A stretch of DNA of 63,534 nucleotides, filler included, from Octopus bimaculoides (Eukaryota), in assembly GCF_001194135.2 (NCBI RefSeq). It is 5 parts of 5 records of this genome, joined end to end, with 100 filler letters (N's around TTAATTAATTAA, not from the genome) between each part and the next. Parts side by side here need not be neighbours in the genome. Positions count along the whole stretch, not along the records: positions 1 to 23,660 come from NC_068989.1; 4 more parts are not named here. The stretch is one strand, 5' to 3'. The position numbers and the translations under genes were made by a program. A model generated the notes under the pieces. That model searched no databases, had not been told where the DNA came from, and worked only from the letters and a program-made list of their open reading frames with translations. Shown one piece after another: positions 1 through 13,184 of this stretch (position 1 is its first letter; every line of letters begins with the position of its first letter).

Positions 1-300
1 ACTGCAGCCAGTCATTAGACCACCGCATTTAGTCGAGCAAATCGACCCCAGGACTTATTCTTTGTAGGTTTTGTACTTATTATATCGGTCGCTTTTGCCG
101 AACCGCTAAGTTACGAGGACGCCAACGCACCAGCATCGGTTGTCAAGCGATGTTAGGGTGGGGTCAAAGATAGACACACAAACATCCACACACAAACACA
201 AACACGCAAACATACGCACACAAACACAAACACACAAACACACAGGCATACACATACATACACACAAACACACACACACACGCATGCACACACACACATA
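1..300 (-). mobile_element. tRNA-derived SINE family A, 3' half with internal (CA)n/(TACA)n
   Basis: Reverse complement of the 3' part of the full copies at 22698-23105 and 36268-36695 (GAATAAGTCCTGGGGTCGATTTGCTCGACTAA, CATCGGTTGTCAAGCGATG). Confidence 0.85.
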
Positions 301-302
301 TA

Positions 303-2230
303 TGGTGGATTTCGGAGTTTCTTGTTGTTAAAATTTTGGATAACTCTGGCATTGTTGGTAGCGGTGGAGTAGGACAACTTTATAGATTGGGGGTTAAATA
401 TTTTTCTAAAAGGGTTAGATGTAGGGAAATATTTTTCGAGCAGGGGGAAGAAGAGTTCGGGCAAAGGTGGCTAGGTGACGTTACGGCAAAGGGTGACGTC
501 TCGGGTTCTAGTTAGTTTAATCTGATCAGTTCCTGGGTGGAGATAGGGTTTTGTAGGTGTTTGTTGATGTCTGTTTTGGTGGGTTGTGGTGTATATACGA
601 TTAGGGGTTATCAGGAGGAGGGTCAATTGTTAGGTCGTTTGCTTCTGCAATATTTGGATGGGCATCGGAGGGGTGGGATGGGGGAGTTTACGTTTAAAAT
701 ATGGGTGTTGAAAACTGGTTTTTGCTCTGGGTTTAGTTGAGAGGGGAATGTCCCACATGGTTATGTATTCAACTGAGTGGTTATATCCGGCACGTTGTAG
801 GGCAGAGTTGTAGTATTCAGCGTATTGGTCGAATAAATCTTGATTAGCAGATAATGAGGTGATCCGGTAGGACACGCTTTCTACAATAGACTTTAGGACA
901 GAGGCGGGGGTGACTGACGGAGAAGTTCACATAGTGGAGGTTTTCCCCAATTTTGTGGTATGAGTAGAAGGTTTGGCTTTGTAAGTCCAGGGTAACGTCT
1001 AAGAAATTAGCGGCTTTGACTTTGTTACAGAAAGAGATGCGGAGGCCGACGTTTTTAGAGAAGCTTCTTAATTTATTTTTAGTTCGTTCGATTGTCCGGT
1101 TACTAGAATTTTGGATAGGTAGCAGAGTGTCTTCCTTGTATAGACCACTGGTGATGTGGAATTGTTCATGGAGACCGTTAAGTAGGTAGAGTCTGACGAG
1201 TCAGTTTCTTGAGCGGAGTCACTGGCTCCCATAGGGACGTCGAAAATATTGGGTGTATATTTGCGGTCCCGGATTTCTCATCAAAAGATATGATATTTCG
1301 GCGGGCTGCTAACATAATATCAATATCGTTACGATATTGTTCTTTGGCGTAAATTACGGCTTTATTAAGAAGAAAAGCAAAACTTCTGGGATAGTATTGA
1401 TCAATTTCGACTTGCATAAATTTAAAGGAGTGCTTAGGACAAGGAGAGTTGAACCACTGGATAGCTTCAGTAGTTTTGGTCCGAAGTTTTAGTGAGGATG
1501 TGGTGTAAAGTTGGAATATTATTCAATCGAGTATAATTTTGATAACCTTACCTATATCGGTGCTGGAAGAGCAGATGAAGCGTACAGAGGGGTTCGCTGC
1601 GAAGCGTTTTTTGTGATCCTTCAAGATGATATGGGGTGGGCGAGGTGTAGAAGGTTCGGTCCTATCCTCTAGTCCAAGTTTAAAGACAAGATTTCTATTT
1701 TTGGGGTTGAATTCTCTTATAGTTGAATCAAGTATAGTTTTGTAGTCCTTGCGTAGTTGTTTGAGTATTATCTCTCGGTATTTGTCTAGGAGAATATTAT
1801 ATAAATTGCCTGTCTTAACAGCGTGGACGAAGATTCCGGGGTATTTCTGAAGTTTTTTGATAATCTTCTCGATTTTGGTTAGGCGAGGGTTGGTTGATTT
1901 TGCCTTTCATTCTTCTGATTGCGATAAGATAAACCAGCAACTACTGGCGGGGATGAGGAGGGGTCGATGTAATCGATTTATTCTCCCCATTAACAACTGC
2001 TTCGTTCGATTAATTTTATCTATAGAAGACTTTGGAGTAGACAAAAACGTGTTTGTGGTTAGAATTTTTAATATTTTAGATTTTGTATTTCGTCTGTGTT
2101 CACGTGTTTTAAATAGGGCTTCGTCTACTGATATAGTGGGGAGAGATAATCGCGAGGAAGGAGGTAACACAGATGAACTGTTTAAGATTTTTGAAGAAAT
2201 ATTCGCTGACATAAAAAATAATGCATAGAC
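303..2230 (-). pseudogene. Penelope-like element (PLE) reverse transcriptase, decayed; GIY-YIG endonuclease end absent
   Basis: Minus-strand fragments in the expected order: EIDQYYPRS (FDIxxFYPSI-like), FDVPMGASDSAQ, GLYKED (GLYRDD-like), NFLDVTLDL, RITSLSANQDLFDQYAEYYNSALQRAGY, EKYFPTSNPFRKIFNPQSIKLSYS. Several frameshifts and stops. Confidence 0.85.
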
Positions 2231-2744
2231 AGTAAAAAGAAATTATAAAGAAAGAAAGAAATAATTAAGCAAACAGATGTAGTTACAAGCACAAACACAG
2301 ACATTGACGGTTCAGAAATAAATAAAAAAAACATAAGCGAACACAATTGTATGGCAAACACAGATGCTGGTGATAGGAAAAAAATCACAACGTAGACAAT
2401 AAATATAATAGCTTTCTCAATGTCTTAAGGCAAAAAAACAACAACAACAACAGCAACAAAAGAGAAAAAATGCACTTGGGACAGTTGTTTGAGAAACAAA
2501 GATTATGAGAAAGGTATATCATATAAAATATTGCTTCCGTGAGGAAAATTTTTAATCGAAAAGCAAGAAGAAAAATGACATACCTCTACCTCCCGAAGAG
2601 CAAGAGACTTTGAGTGTGCCTCCAAAGTAGCGATTAAAGAAATCTTCAGTCGATATATTTGATGATAGGGTTTATAACAACGTGGGAAAGGAAAATGGTC
2701 GTTTTGTGCTCGGTCTAGAAATTAATATATAGGACACTGTAATA

Positions 2745-3180
2745 GAAAGGTTATCAGAACGGAAAATACCCTTAGCGGCATTTCGTCCGTCTTTACGTTC
2801 TGAGTTCAAATTCCACCGAGATTGAATTTGCCTTTCATACTTTCGGGGTCGATGAAATAAGTACCAGTTAAACACTGGTGTCGGTGTAATCGACGTAGCT
2901 CCTCCCTCGAAACTGCTGGCCTTGTGCCAAAATTTGAAACCATTATTATTATAACTAAGAAGTCAAGCTGACAGAAAAGGTTAGCATGCCGGCATTTAGC
3001 GGGCGTTTCGTCCATCTTTACGTTCTGAGTTCAAATTCCACAGAGTTCGACTTTGACTTTCATCTTTTCGGAATCGATGAAACTAGTACAAATCGAGCAC
3101 CGGCTTTGATAAAATTGACTTGCCCACTTCTCCAAAATTTCAAGCCTTTTACCTATAGTAGATAGGATTATTATTATTAT
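2745..3180 (+). mobile_element. Two head-to-tail copies of tRNA-derived SINE family B, each ending in (ATT)n
   Basis: Each copy has the B-box GAGTTCAAATTCC and the body GACTTTGCCTTTCATCCTTTCGGGGTCGAT. ATT-rich tails at about 2941 and 3168. Confidence 0.85.
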
Positions 3181-3226
3181 TCTTGTTGCTAGCTGTGAAC
3201 AGCCACCTTATATAGATGGACGCTCT

Positions 3227-4117
3227 TACGAGGGACATTCCAGACGTTTTGAGACTCTTTTTTAGAAGAAGCGATTATGTTCTAGGTTGTTGTAATTTTA
3301 AATTTTAGTATATCATATCATTACTGTACATTTAATAACCTGACCTGCCAATGTTTGTTATTCCTGATTGAAGGAGACAGCTTTAACAATTCTTTGAACA
3401 TACCCTACTAGACGCTGCTTGTTACAGTTCGCTGGTTTGAAGACTACAGTCGGGACGTTTGCAAGCTCGCTGTGCGATAAAGCTTGTGTTAAGGTGGGCC
3501 AAAACGTTACAGAATCTTATGAAATGCTCCAGGCTACTTATGGATTAAATTTTTTGCTGGCACAAGTGATTCAAGGATGTCAGAAAGATGAGAGGTGTTG
3601 CAGGAAGTTGGACGTCAGAACATTAGAGGTGGTTGTGAAAGTTTTCAATTTTCTGGATCAAGTCCGTCGTGTGTCTATAAATGCAATAAGCATAGAGTTC
3701 GGAGTTGCTGTGGCAACTGTACCAAAGTTGTCCATGAAGATCTGAACATGCGCAAATTTTTGCAATGCACCAGTCAACAATTCCATCCTGGTAATCAAGT
3801 ACTTGACAGGCATAGATGGACATCAAAACTGACCTTCACACTCTCTACAATCCAGACGTTGCTCCCTGTGACGTTTAGTTGTAACCAACCTGAAGGAAAA
3901 CACAAGGGCAGTCGTTGAGAAGATGAAGGAAGCTGTGACAAGGGCTTTTGGATACCTTCACTTAAGAGGACTTCAATGAGGCCTTCACAAAATGTCTAAA
4001 GTGCTACAAGTGCATTGAAGTCAGAAAAGACCATACTTTGAAGATTAGAGTTTTGTTCTTCTTTGAAATTAATATCTCACTTGAAAATGTTTGAAAACTT
4101 CTGGAATGCACCTTGTA
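3227..4117 (+). mobile_element. Mariner DNA transposon, internally deleted
   Basis: Left TIR TA-CGAGGGACATTCCAGACGTTTT pairs with right AAAACTTCTGGAATGCACCTTG-TA. Internal remnants resemble the transposase N-terminus (CVKVGQNVTESYEMLQATYG) and C-terminus (KCIEVR..YFED). Confidence 0.85.
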
Positions 4118-5219
4118 TTTATATCTGATTTTTGTAGTTCGTTTCATTTAATATATTGTATTACAATTTTACCAACCAATTACCCCGTTTATTTCGTATA
4201 TATGTACATTCTCCATACATTTTATAACTACCTTTATATGATACGTTCTGTATTGAATGTGTGAGCCATTACAGTCGATAGTGAACGATATAAATCGTTA
4301 ATGTAGCTGTTACTGTTTTCTGTCAGCGAGTACATTTGAAAGAGCACATTTGACAGAAGTTTCAGAAAATTGCATTTAATTGATGGAAAATGATTTTTGT
4401 TCAAATTTCCCTGAGGATTACAGAGAAGTAAGATATCTGCAATATTTAACCTTCACTGGAATGGAAAATGGTTTGTTATGACATTTTTTTTTGAATTTGT
4501 ATATTTCTACATGGCAGTTGTTTGTAACTTCATTCGAATTTCGAAATGTGCACGTTTATGGTATTTGGAAGAGGTGTGCATCATTGAGGTGACAACAAAG
4601 AGAAAAAAATTGTAACGCCTGCTATCCCAAGTTTTTAAAACAGGAAAAACGTTAAAATCAGAAACTTAGCCGTCATTTACATGTGAGTATGACCTTGTAG
4701 TTGGTATCACGCTTTCCTTAATTGTTTTAGGTACATATGTAGCCCTCCCATCCCTTGACTCACTGGAACATCAAGAGTTTAACAGTCGGAGGAAGGAACG
4801 GCTGCACCAATAGTCGATCAGTACTTATTTGTCGCCGAATAGATCGGAGCAACGTGAAATGATATAGCTTGCTCGAGGACATGACGTGTCAAGAATCGAA
4901 ACCATAACTTAATGATTGTGAGCCAAGCAATCTAATCATTAAGTCAAGCCTCTTTATAACATCAGAAACAAATAAACTTGTATGCACAAACATTTGAATT
5001 CCTAGCTCATCAAAAGTGCAAAAAAAAAAAGAAAAAAAAAAGAAATAGTGCTGAAAATACTAACTTAAACAGAAAAAAATTGAGACCTCATCCCGAAGAA
5101 AACAGTAATGCACTAACTTTTGCGACGGTTGTGGTTAATAGTTAGTCCCTTAATGGAGCAGATCCTTGAAAAGAACAAAATATAGACGGAATATGTGAAT
5201 AAAAGTAGTGTTTACTTTC

Positions 5220-6030
5220 TAGAAGAAATTAGCCAAAGAACAGCAAAGATGAAATTGATATAATTCTGAGTTGTGAATAACAAGGAGTGACAGTGATCCA
5301 TAACCACTGCAAAGAAGAGTAGGGAGTTCTGGGTGGGGCGTGGAAAGAAATGGGCTCACCCAAATAGGTTGGTCATACAGAGATTTGTCCTTGGTCTTTA
5401 GTACCAAAAATTAGGTGAGGAAACCAGCAGAATTGGTGGACCAGGTACTTTTCTACAGGTTCGTGTTATACAACTTTGAGTAAGGAAACAGGAGAATCCG
5501 AGACAGAGACAAGGGAAAAGGTTTGTCGTTACCTTTACAAACAGTTCGGGCAGGTGATGTGTGCAGAAGGTGGCTTCCTACAAAATGCACTGACCCACTT
5601 GTAGCGATGAATCCTAGAGATAACAGGAATATCTGGGATTTATAGTCCTTTGTGGGATCGGAGAAGAGATAACTCAAATGGGTGGTTGCAGAACAGGAGG
5701 CCCAGCTGTTATAGGTGTTTCAGTAAAGACCACATGGGAGCCTTCCACTCAGAACAAGAGAAAAAGTGAAGATAGTGAGAGCGGTAGACAAGAGAAGTTA
5801 CCTGGAGTAAACAACATGGAGAATGCTGAAATTGTCATTATTCCAGCAACATCTCTACTTATAACTCCAAGGACAGCCAGGGCGGGACAAACGAGCCCCA
5901 TCAATACCTGGGGTCGACTAGTTAGAGCACGAGGGCCGCGGTGTCACTACCATCAGTACAGAGCCGTGCAGAAGCTATTAGCAGTAGGCCCTCCACGTCA
6001 ATGTGCGACAACATAAAGGAGATGGAGCCC
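5220..6030 (+). pseudogene. L1/Tx1-type LINE ORF1 (gag-like) remnant
   Basis: Degenerate CCHC knuckle RRPSCYRCFSKDHMGAFH (first Cys codon at 5707; last Cys replaced by His), in a more GC-rich, frameshifted block. Confidence 0.45.
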
Positions 6031-6670
6031 GGAGTTAGAGAGAGGAAATTGTCGGTGAATGTAATTAAAGAAAGAATGTGTACCTTTTCCTTCAAAAGAC
6101 AATAAACTCTGATTAAATGCAATTAAAAGCATAGGCGTTCTTCACAAAATGGTATCCATCCCACTGGAGTAACAGAACCTCACGTAATTAAAAAAAATAT
6201 CCATAATATAATTGATTTCGTGGTGACCCTAGTAAACACCATATCAAATATTATGCTGATTGACAGGATAGAGTGTCGAGTACCAAAAACCTCTGCAGGA
6301 ACGGTCTATTTACAGTTAAGTGATCAGTGTTGAGGGAATGAGGAGATATTCACGGCCTAAGATACTAACGGGCAAATTCAGATGACCCATTTACTAAGTT
6401 TGTAGAAAATGATAGGAGCAGAAAATAATCAGAGACGTTTAATATCCAGACACTACCCATGCGGTGATTTCTAGGTGGTGTCTTGTTGTGAGTTTCCTTT
6501 GCATGTTTAGTTTTAATTAGAATTTTGTCCCCTTTCCATGTATATCGTACTACATATTTTCTTGTCCCATTCGTTTATTATGTGTATGCATATCTCCAGT
6601 CGTGCTTTTGTAATCCCTTTGTACGACACGTTTTGCATAGTACGTACAGGTCTTTGTGGTCAGTAGAAAG

Positions 6671-7087
<417 letters not shown>

Positions 7088-7212
7088 AATTGATCTGCAT
7101 AGCGTTCAGATAAGAGATTAGTGTGAAGGCCACTAAAACCATGAAACAGTCGCTCTAAGTTAGGTCATTTTCCTAATCCCTATAAGCGTGCTCTGTATAT
7201 ATGATTATAGGA

Positions 7213-7360
7213 GCGTGTGTGTGTGTGTGTGTGTATCTGTGTATGTATGTATTTATGTATGTATGTAAGTATTTATGTATGTATGTATGTATGTATGTAT
7301 GTATGTATGCATGCATGTATGTACATGCGTGTATGTGTGTGTATGTGTGTATGTGTGTGG
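7213..7360. repeat. (TG)n/(TATG)n microsatellite
   Basis: Read directly. Confidence 0.95.
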
Positions 7361-8269
7361 TGGTGGGGGAAGGATGCGCATGCGTATGTAAACTTCATTA
7401 CATTGCGTTCGATCCGAAACAGTAATTTCTTATGAAAGTGAAATTGCTTATTGATTTATTTCTCCAGTACCATCACAATGCTCAATTTGCAAACATGTTG
7501 CCATTGGTTATTGCTTTGGACATCATTTATATTCCTCTCCTATAATACATTATTGTGAGACATTAATGTGTCGCCATCCTGAATTAAAGGGTCATTGGTT
7601 CGTATCGCCTGCAGCCAAGGTATTTAACATTCGTATTTATCATAGATCATTAGCAACTACTACCTAACTGCTGAATGTGAACAAACCAACGAGGAAGATT
7701 TTTAGAGATAGCGGCCAAATTTCCTTTAAATTACACCTTGTCATCTTAACCCTTTTTGCATCAGTAAGAAAATATAGCCACTCAAAATTGTATCACCCTT
7801 AACTGCAGAAATCAGTTATACATACGAATCTATAATTTGTTGAGATATGTCAAGTTTATAGAGGCGACGTGACTTACAGAAAATAGCAATTCTATATTTA
7901 ACACTATTAATGGAATAAACATGAAAATTAGTTTCGCATTGTTTAAAATTCTGGCCTATGGTCGGCAATTTCGGGGGACGGGGAAGTTGATTACATCTGG
8001 TACTGGCATGAGTTAGATGCTTTGACTGGAACTGGTATACCGAAGAGCTGTATCAAGTTCCATTCTGATTTGGCTTGCTTTCTACGGCTGGATGCCCGTC
8101 CTAATAATAATCCTTTATCCAATAGGCACAAGGCCTGAAGTTTTGAGTAAGGGGAAGAGTTTTGTTAGACCATTTGATTGGAAAAGAGTTAGATGACTAC
8201 AGTTCAAACAGGTCAGGTATTCAGATCACAAATGTTTGATCTGCACATGCAACTGAGATAGGACTTAAC

Positions 8270-8940
8270 TGGTACTTATTTTATCGACACTGAAAGGGTA
8301 AAAGGCAAAGCCGACCTTGGCGGAATTTGAACTCAGAACGTAAAGACGAACGAAATGCCGCTAAGTATTTTGCCTGGTGTGCTAACAATTCTGCCAGTTT
8401 ACTACCTCGAAGTCCTGAAAAATTGGGCACCAGGCAGAGAGTTGACAGCGGTTAGAATCTCTACTCTGAGTTCAAACTCCATCGATATTAGCTTTATCGC
8501 TCATCTAGTTGGGGATCAATAAAAGATGTCTAAATCCAGTACTGGGCCAGATTCTTTTTTTTTCTTTCTGAAAGAAATGTGCTCTCTTTAGACTTGGAGA
8601 AAGACGTCCATGATCCCGTATCTCATGACGGTACCGTTACAAATCCATCAGGAGTTGAGTGTCCTAGGAAGAACATTGGACAATGTAGTCCCTGATAACA
8701 AAAAGACGGGATGGCCACTACCGGGAATGCTTTGATCTTATGTTAACTAAATTAGGATTGATCTGAAGTTAAACAACAGCAACAATTAAGAACAGTAGAT
8801 TTGTCAACCACAGTGGAATGGCGGATAAATACTAGTTAGTGATTAGTCCTTTTCTGTTCTGAGTTCAAATTCTGCAAAGGTCAGTTTTATCTTCGAACCT
8901 TCTGGATCGGTCAAGTACTAAGGTGATTTAATCTGCTTTA
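8270..8940. mobile_element. Cluster of old SINE fragments (family B on both strands plus an (AAC)n-tailed family)
   Basis: GACCTTGGCGGAATTTGAACTCAGAACG (minus), CTGAGTTCAAA B-boxes (plus), TGAAGTTAAACAACAGCAAC tail. Confidence 0.65.
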
Positions 8941-10311
8941 CTTCGTTCCCGCCAACCAATTTCCCACAAAAACAATATTAGTTCTATTAAAAAACTACTT
9001 CTTGAACAAATAAGCCTTTGTATAATAGATGAATGTTTCCTTAGCAGTAGGCCCAACTTTAAACCATGCGGAGTGTATCTGTAGATGAAAATCCTGCTTG
9101 GGCTATGTTTTCTGAGTAGTAAAGATATTATGAGTCAAAAGAACAAAGTTCCTACTTGGTATATCGATCTGATAGAAATAACTGCCAAATCTCTGTAAAT
9201 TTATACTAAAGAAATTAATAATAGTTTCCTAGATATGGAATGCTCGACAGAAGAACGGAATGGCTAAAGATGGGAAGACTGCTCAATCTGGACTGACTCG
9301 TGGTTAAACAACAACACCATCACCAACAATAAAACGTTTTATGAAGGATTATCAATGGAATTGAAAGTCCATTAACTTCTAGTATTAAAATGCTAACGCT
9401 ATCTTCGTTTTTGAAATCTGGTTGCACTTCTGTACTTGAATAAGATAATTAATTTATGTTCATTTAATGTTTACAATTGTTATACATCTTATATTATGTA
9501 TTTGTTCTTCTGAAGCATATTTAGTTGTTGTTATTATATTTCTATATTACTTCTTTGTTATATTTTAGCTTTTGAGTGACATAAAATCTGTGCAATTGCT
9601 AATCTATATTTCAATTTATTTCACTCAATATATTTATCATGGAGAAACTGCTTCGCTCGGAATGGATTGAAATTGATCCAAATTCTCTTACCAAATCTAA
9701 AGATTGGAAGCACTGGAAGCGCAGCTTCCATAATTTCATCACTGAATGTGGAACAAATGCACCAAATAACATCACACACTTAAAACTATATTTCTGCTAT
9801 AATTTAGGAGCTTATTGATGGTTGTCAAACATTACAAGACACTCAACATTCTCAACGAACTTTCTGTTAAATTTCTAAATGGAATCTTTGCTCATTATTT
9901 ATCAACGAATTCACGTTTATATTATGCAAACCTGATACTTAAATTCTTAGAAACAAAAACTAGAATTCCAGCATCAACACAGCTATATTCTCTAAGTTTA
10001 AAAGCATTTTGATAATTTGAAAACGAAAAATGAATCTACAGAATGTCACTTTAGAAGCTATTTATGAAACATGACTTTTCATTATTCAATGTGATGCAGG
10101 TGATGCTGAAATTTCAGCTACGCTAAACCAAGAAGATAAGTAAGTTGCATTCATGTAAAGAACTCTGCCAGCAAAACACTATTCATCAATAGAAAGAAGT
10201 CACCGCATTCATCGAAGCTATTTAGAAGTGTAATAACTTTTGTTTCCTCGATGTCGTTTCACTGTCATTACTGACAGACAGTCACTTGCTTTTATGTTAG
10301 CCAAGAGAAAG

Positions 10312-11230
10312 TACGCGGTGGTATCAAAAAGTTCCCGAGCTAGTTCTGTAGCGCGCCAAAAAATGGCAGCACACGGTTGCGTGTGCAGTGAGGGCTATCG
10401 GTGGCTTTTATGAGTCAGTGTGCCGAGTGACACCGCTGTGTTTACTTCACAAGTTGTGAAATTTGTGTTTTTTTTATCAGGTGTATGCTGTAGCCTGCGA
10501 TTTATTCATGGACAGGAACAAAGAGCCAATGTGAAATTTTGTGTTGAACTTGAGAAGTCTACTACAGAGACATTGAGCATGCTTCGGCAAGATTACAGCG
10601 ACAAGGCATTGGGTCGTACGCAATGTTTTAAGTGGCACGGGCGCTTCAAAGGCAGGAGAACGTCTCTGGAAGACGATGAGTGATCTAAAAGACCTGTCAC
10701 AAGCGTCACATCCGGAAATGTGGTATTGTGATTCGAGAATTCGTCCTCCAGGGCCAGACTGTTAATTGATAGTTCTACTGTGATGTTTTGAAGCATTTGA
10801 GAGAGGACATTCGATGAAAGCGACCGGATCTGTGGAGCGCGAAGAATTGGATTATTCACCGAGCTTTCTTCACTCGTGAGTTTCTCGCCAAAAACAACAT
10901 GGTATCGCTTCCGCACCCGCCCTATTCACACTTTCCACCTCTTCCCCAAGATGAAAATTTAGCTTTCACCCTCTTCCCCAAATGAAAATTTAGCTCAAAT
11001 GTTGCCGTTTTAAAACCGTTGTCGAGATACAGAGCGGATCGCAGAAGATCCTCGAGACATTTACGGAAAACATCATCCAAGCTGGATTGCAAAAGTGGCA
11101 AGGACACTGAGACCAGTGTATTGCTGCGCAAGGTGACTATTTTGAAGGAGATGATGTTAAAACTTAGGTAAATAAGTAATTTTTTCTATTAAACATAACT
11201 AGCCCTGGAACCTTTTGATACCACCTTGTA
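10312..11230 (+). mobile_element. Mariner DNA transposon, internally deleted
   Basis: TIRs TA-CGCGGTGGTATCAAAAAGTTCCCGAGCTAGTT and AACTAGCCCTGGAACCTTTTGATACCACCTTG-TA. Transposase fragments EQRANVKFCVELEKSTTETLSMLRQDYSDKALGRTQCFKWHGRFK and CIAAQGDYFEGD. Confidence 0.9.
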
Positions 11231-11574
11231 TACCACAAATAAAGAACAAGATACAAGAATGGTGTGTTATTTTTATAACCTTTATTGTGTTGAAAACGAA
11301 AATGCCGTTCTAGATGCCTTGATGCACACATTGGTATGGCCACTGTATCACAAAGACTATTGGTATCACCACTCTATCAGAATTATCTCTTTGTAACTAC
11401 TGATGAATCCACATCTTTTCTTATCTCAAGAAGCTGGTTCAAATAAAAGTTCTGAAACTCGTTTGAAACTATTTTTAAGATCAAATCTAAATAGACACAT
11501 CATCTCTGATTGTGGTGCATCGTCGCTTGCGAAAGATTAAAAAGATCATTTTAATAAATGAGGAGACACACAAA

Positions 11575-12110
11575 AGAAAAAAAAATACCCCACGTGTTAC
11601 AATCCACACCGCATTGGCAAATTTGAATGACACAATAGGGTTATCTTGAAAGCAGTAAAATTAGCTCCCAAATGGATTAACCTCTCTGATACTTGATGGA
11701 AGGTAATCCACCATGATACACTATCCTTCTAAATGCCCTTTATCCGGAAAATTCAAAAATGTTCACCCTATAGAAAGGCCTTGTTTTCCTTCCAACGATA
11801 CTTTCCCAATGGCAACTCATTATCAGCTTGATTTTTATCTCCTGGTAAACTTTACATTACGCTGATTTGTTTGAGATAACAAAATAGGTCTCTGTGTTGC
11901 TGATGCACACGTGAACATGCAAATAGTAGTGAGTCAACGGTAACGCCACGCGACCTTTCACAATGTCTATAGCCTAGTATAAATGAAATTTCTACAGAAT
12001 CACCTATTAACAATGTTATAGCTTCAGTACCATATATTTGAATTATTTGAACTACTGCTTCGTAGCAACAAGTGCAGATATTAACTTCTCCATAACAAAT
12101 CAATCGAGCC
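11575..12110 (-). pseudogene. Possible Tx1/L1 ORF2 C-terminal remnant
   Basis: Weak resemblance of HCERSRGVTVDSLLFACSRV to the LINE C-terminal CxxC...HxxxxC motif; heavily degraded. Confidence 0.25.
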
Positions 12111-12802
12111 AAAGAAAGTTATTGAATTTCGGAAGTCAACTCGTGTTCTCAGAGCTACTGATTTATTTGAGTGGTGGTGGTCTTCTTTTAAACAAGTGAT
12201 GAATAAACTTATGAAATTGGTGCCCCAGCATAGCTGCAACGTATTGACTGTAACAACATATAATATAATATAACATAACATAATATAATATAATATAATA
12301 TAATATAATATAATATATAATATTATATATATNNNNNNNNNNNNNNNNNNNNNNNNNNNNNNNNNNNNNNNNNNNNNNNNNNNNNNNNNNNNNNNNNNNN
12401 NNNNNNNNNNNNNNNNNNNNNNNNNNNNNNNNNNNNNNNNNNNNNNNNNNNNNNNNNNNNNNNNNNNNNNNNNNNNNNNNNNNNNNNNNNNNNNNNNNNN
12501 NNNNNNNNNNNNNNNNNNNNNNNNNNNNNNNNNNNNNNNNNNNNNNNNNNNNNNNNNNNNNNNNNNNNNNNNNNNNNNNNNNNNNNNNNNNNNNNNNNNN
12601 NNNNNNNNNNNNNNNNNNNNNNNNNNNNNNNNNNNNNNNNNNNNNNNNNNNNNNNNNNNNNNNNNNNNNNNNNNNNNNNNNNNNNNNNNNNNNNNNNNNN
12701 NNNNNNNNNNNNNNNNNNNNNNNNNNNNNNNNNNNNNNNNNNNNNNNNNNNNNNNNNNNNNNNNNNNNNNNNNNNNNNNNNNNNNNNNNNNNNNNNNNNN
12801 NN

Positions 12803-12833
<31 letters not shown>

Positions 12834-13184
12834 CGGCATATTCTATTAAGAACGTAGTTGAGTACAGTATAAAGCTCATCCACCTTCAGATTTACCCACT
12901 GCTATCCAGTAATACGAACTTCCAGATTTGCGTTTGGGCATCTGTTGTGTGTGAATAGATAATCGAAAAAATTGGAGTCAACAAGGAGTACGGTTGGACA
13001 TTTATTTTTTAATCACTACAATTGTTTCCAGGCAACGTAGTTCTCGAGGTGTGCAAGTATTTGATTATGTAACCGTTTCCCTGCATTATGAGATCTAGTT
13101 GTGTCTCCTCAAGCGATATATAAATATTGTTTCCGTAAGTTCAAAATCTTCGGCTTCAAGAATATCTGGCTGTCGTGGTCTGAA

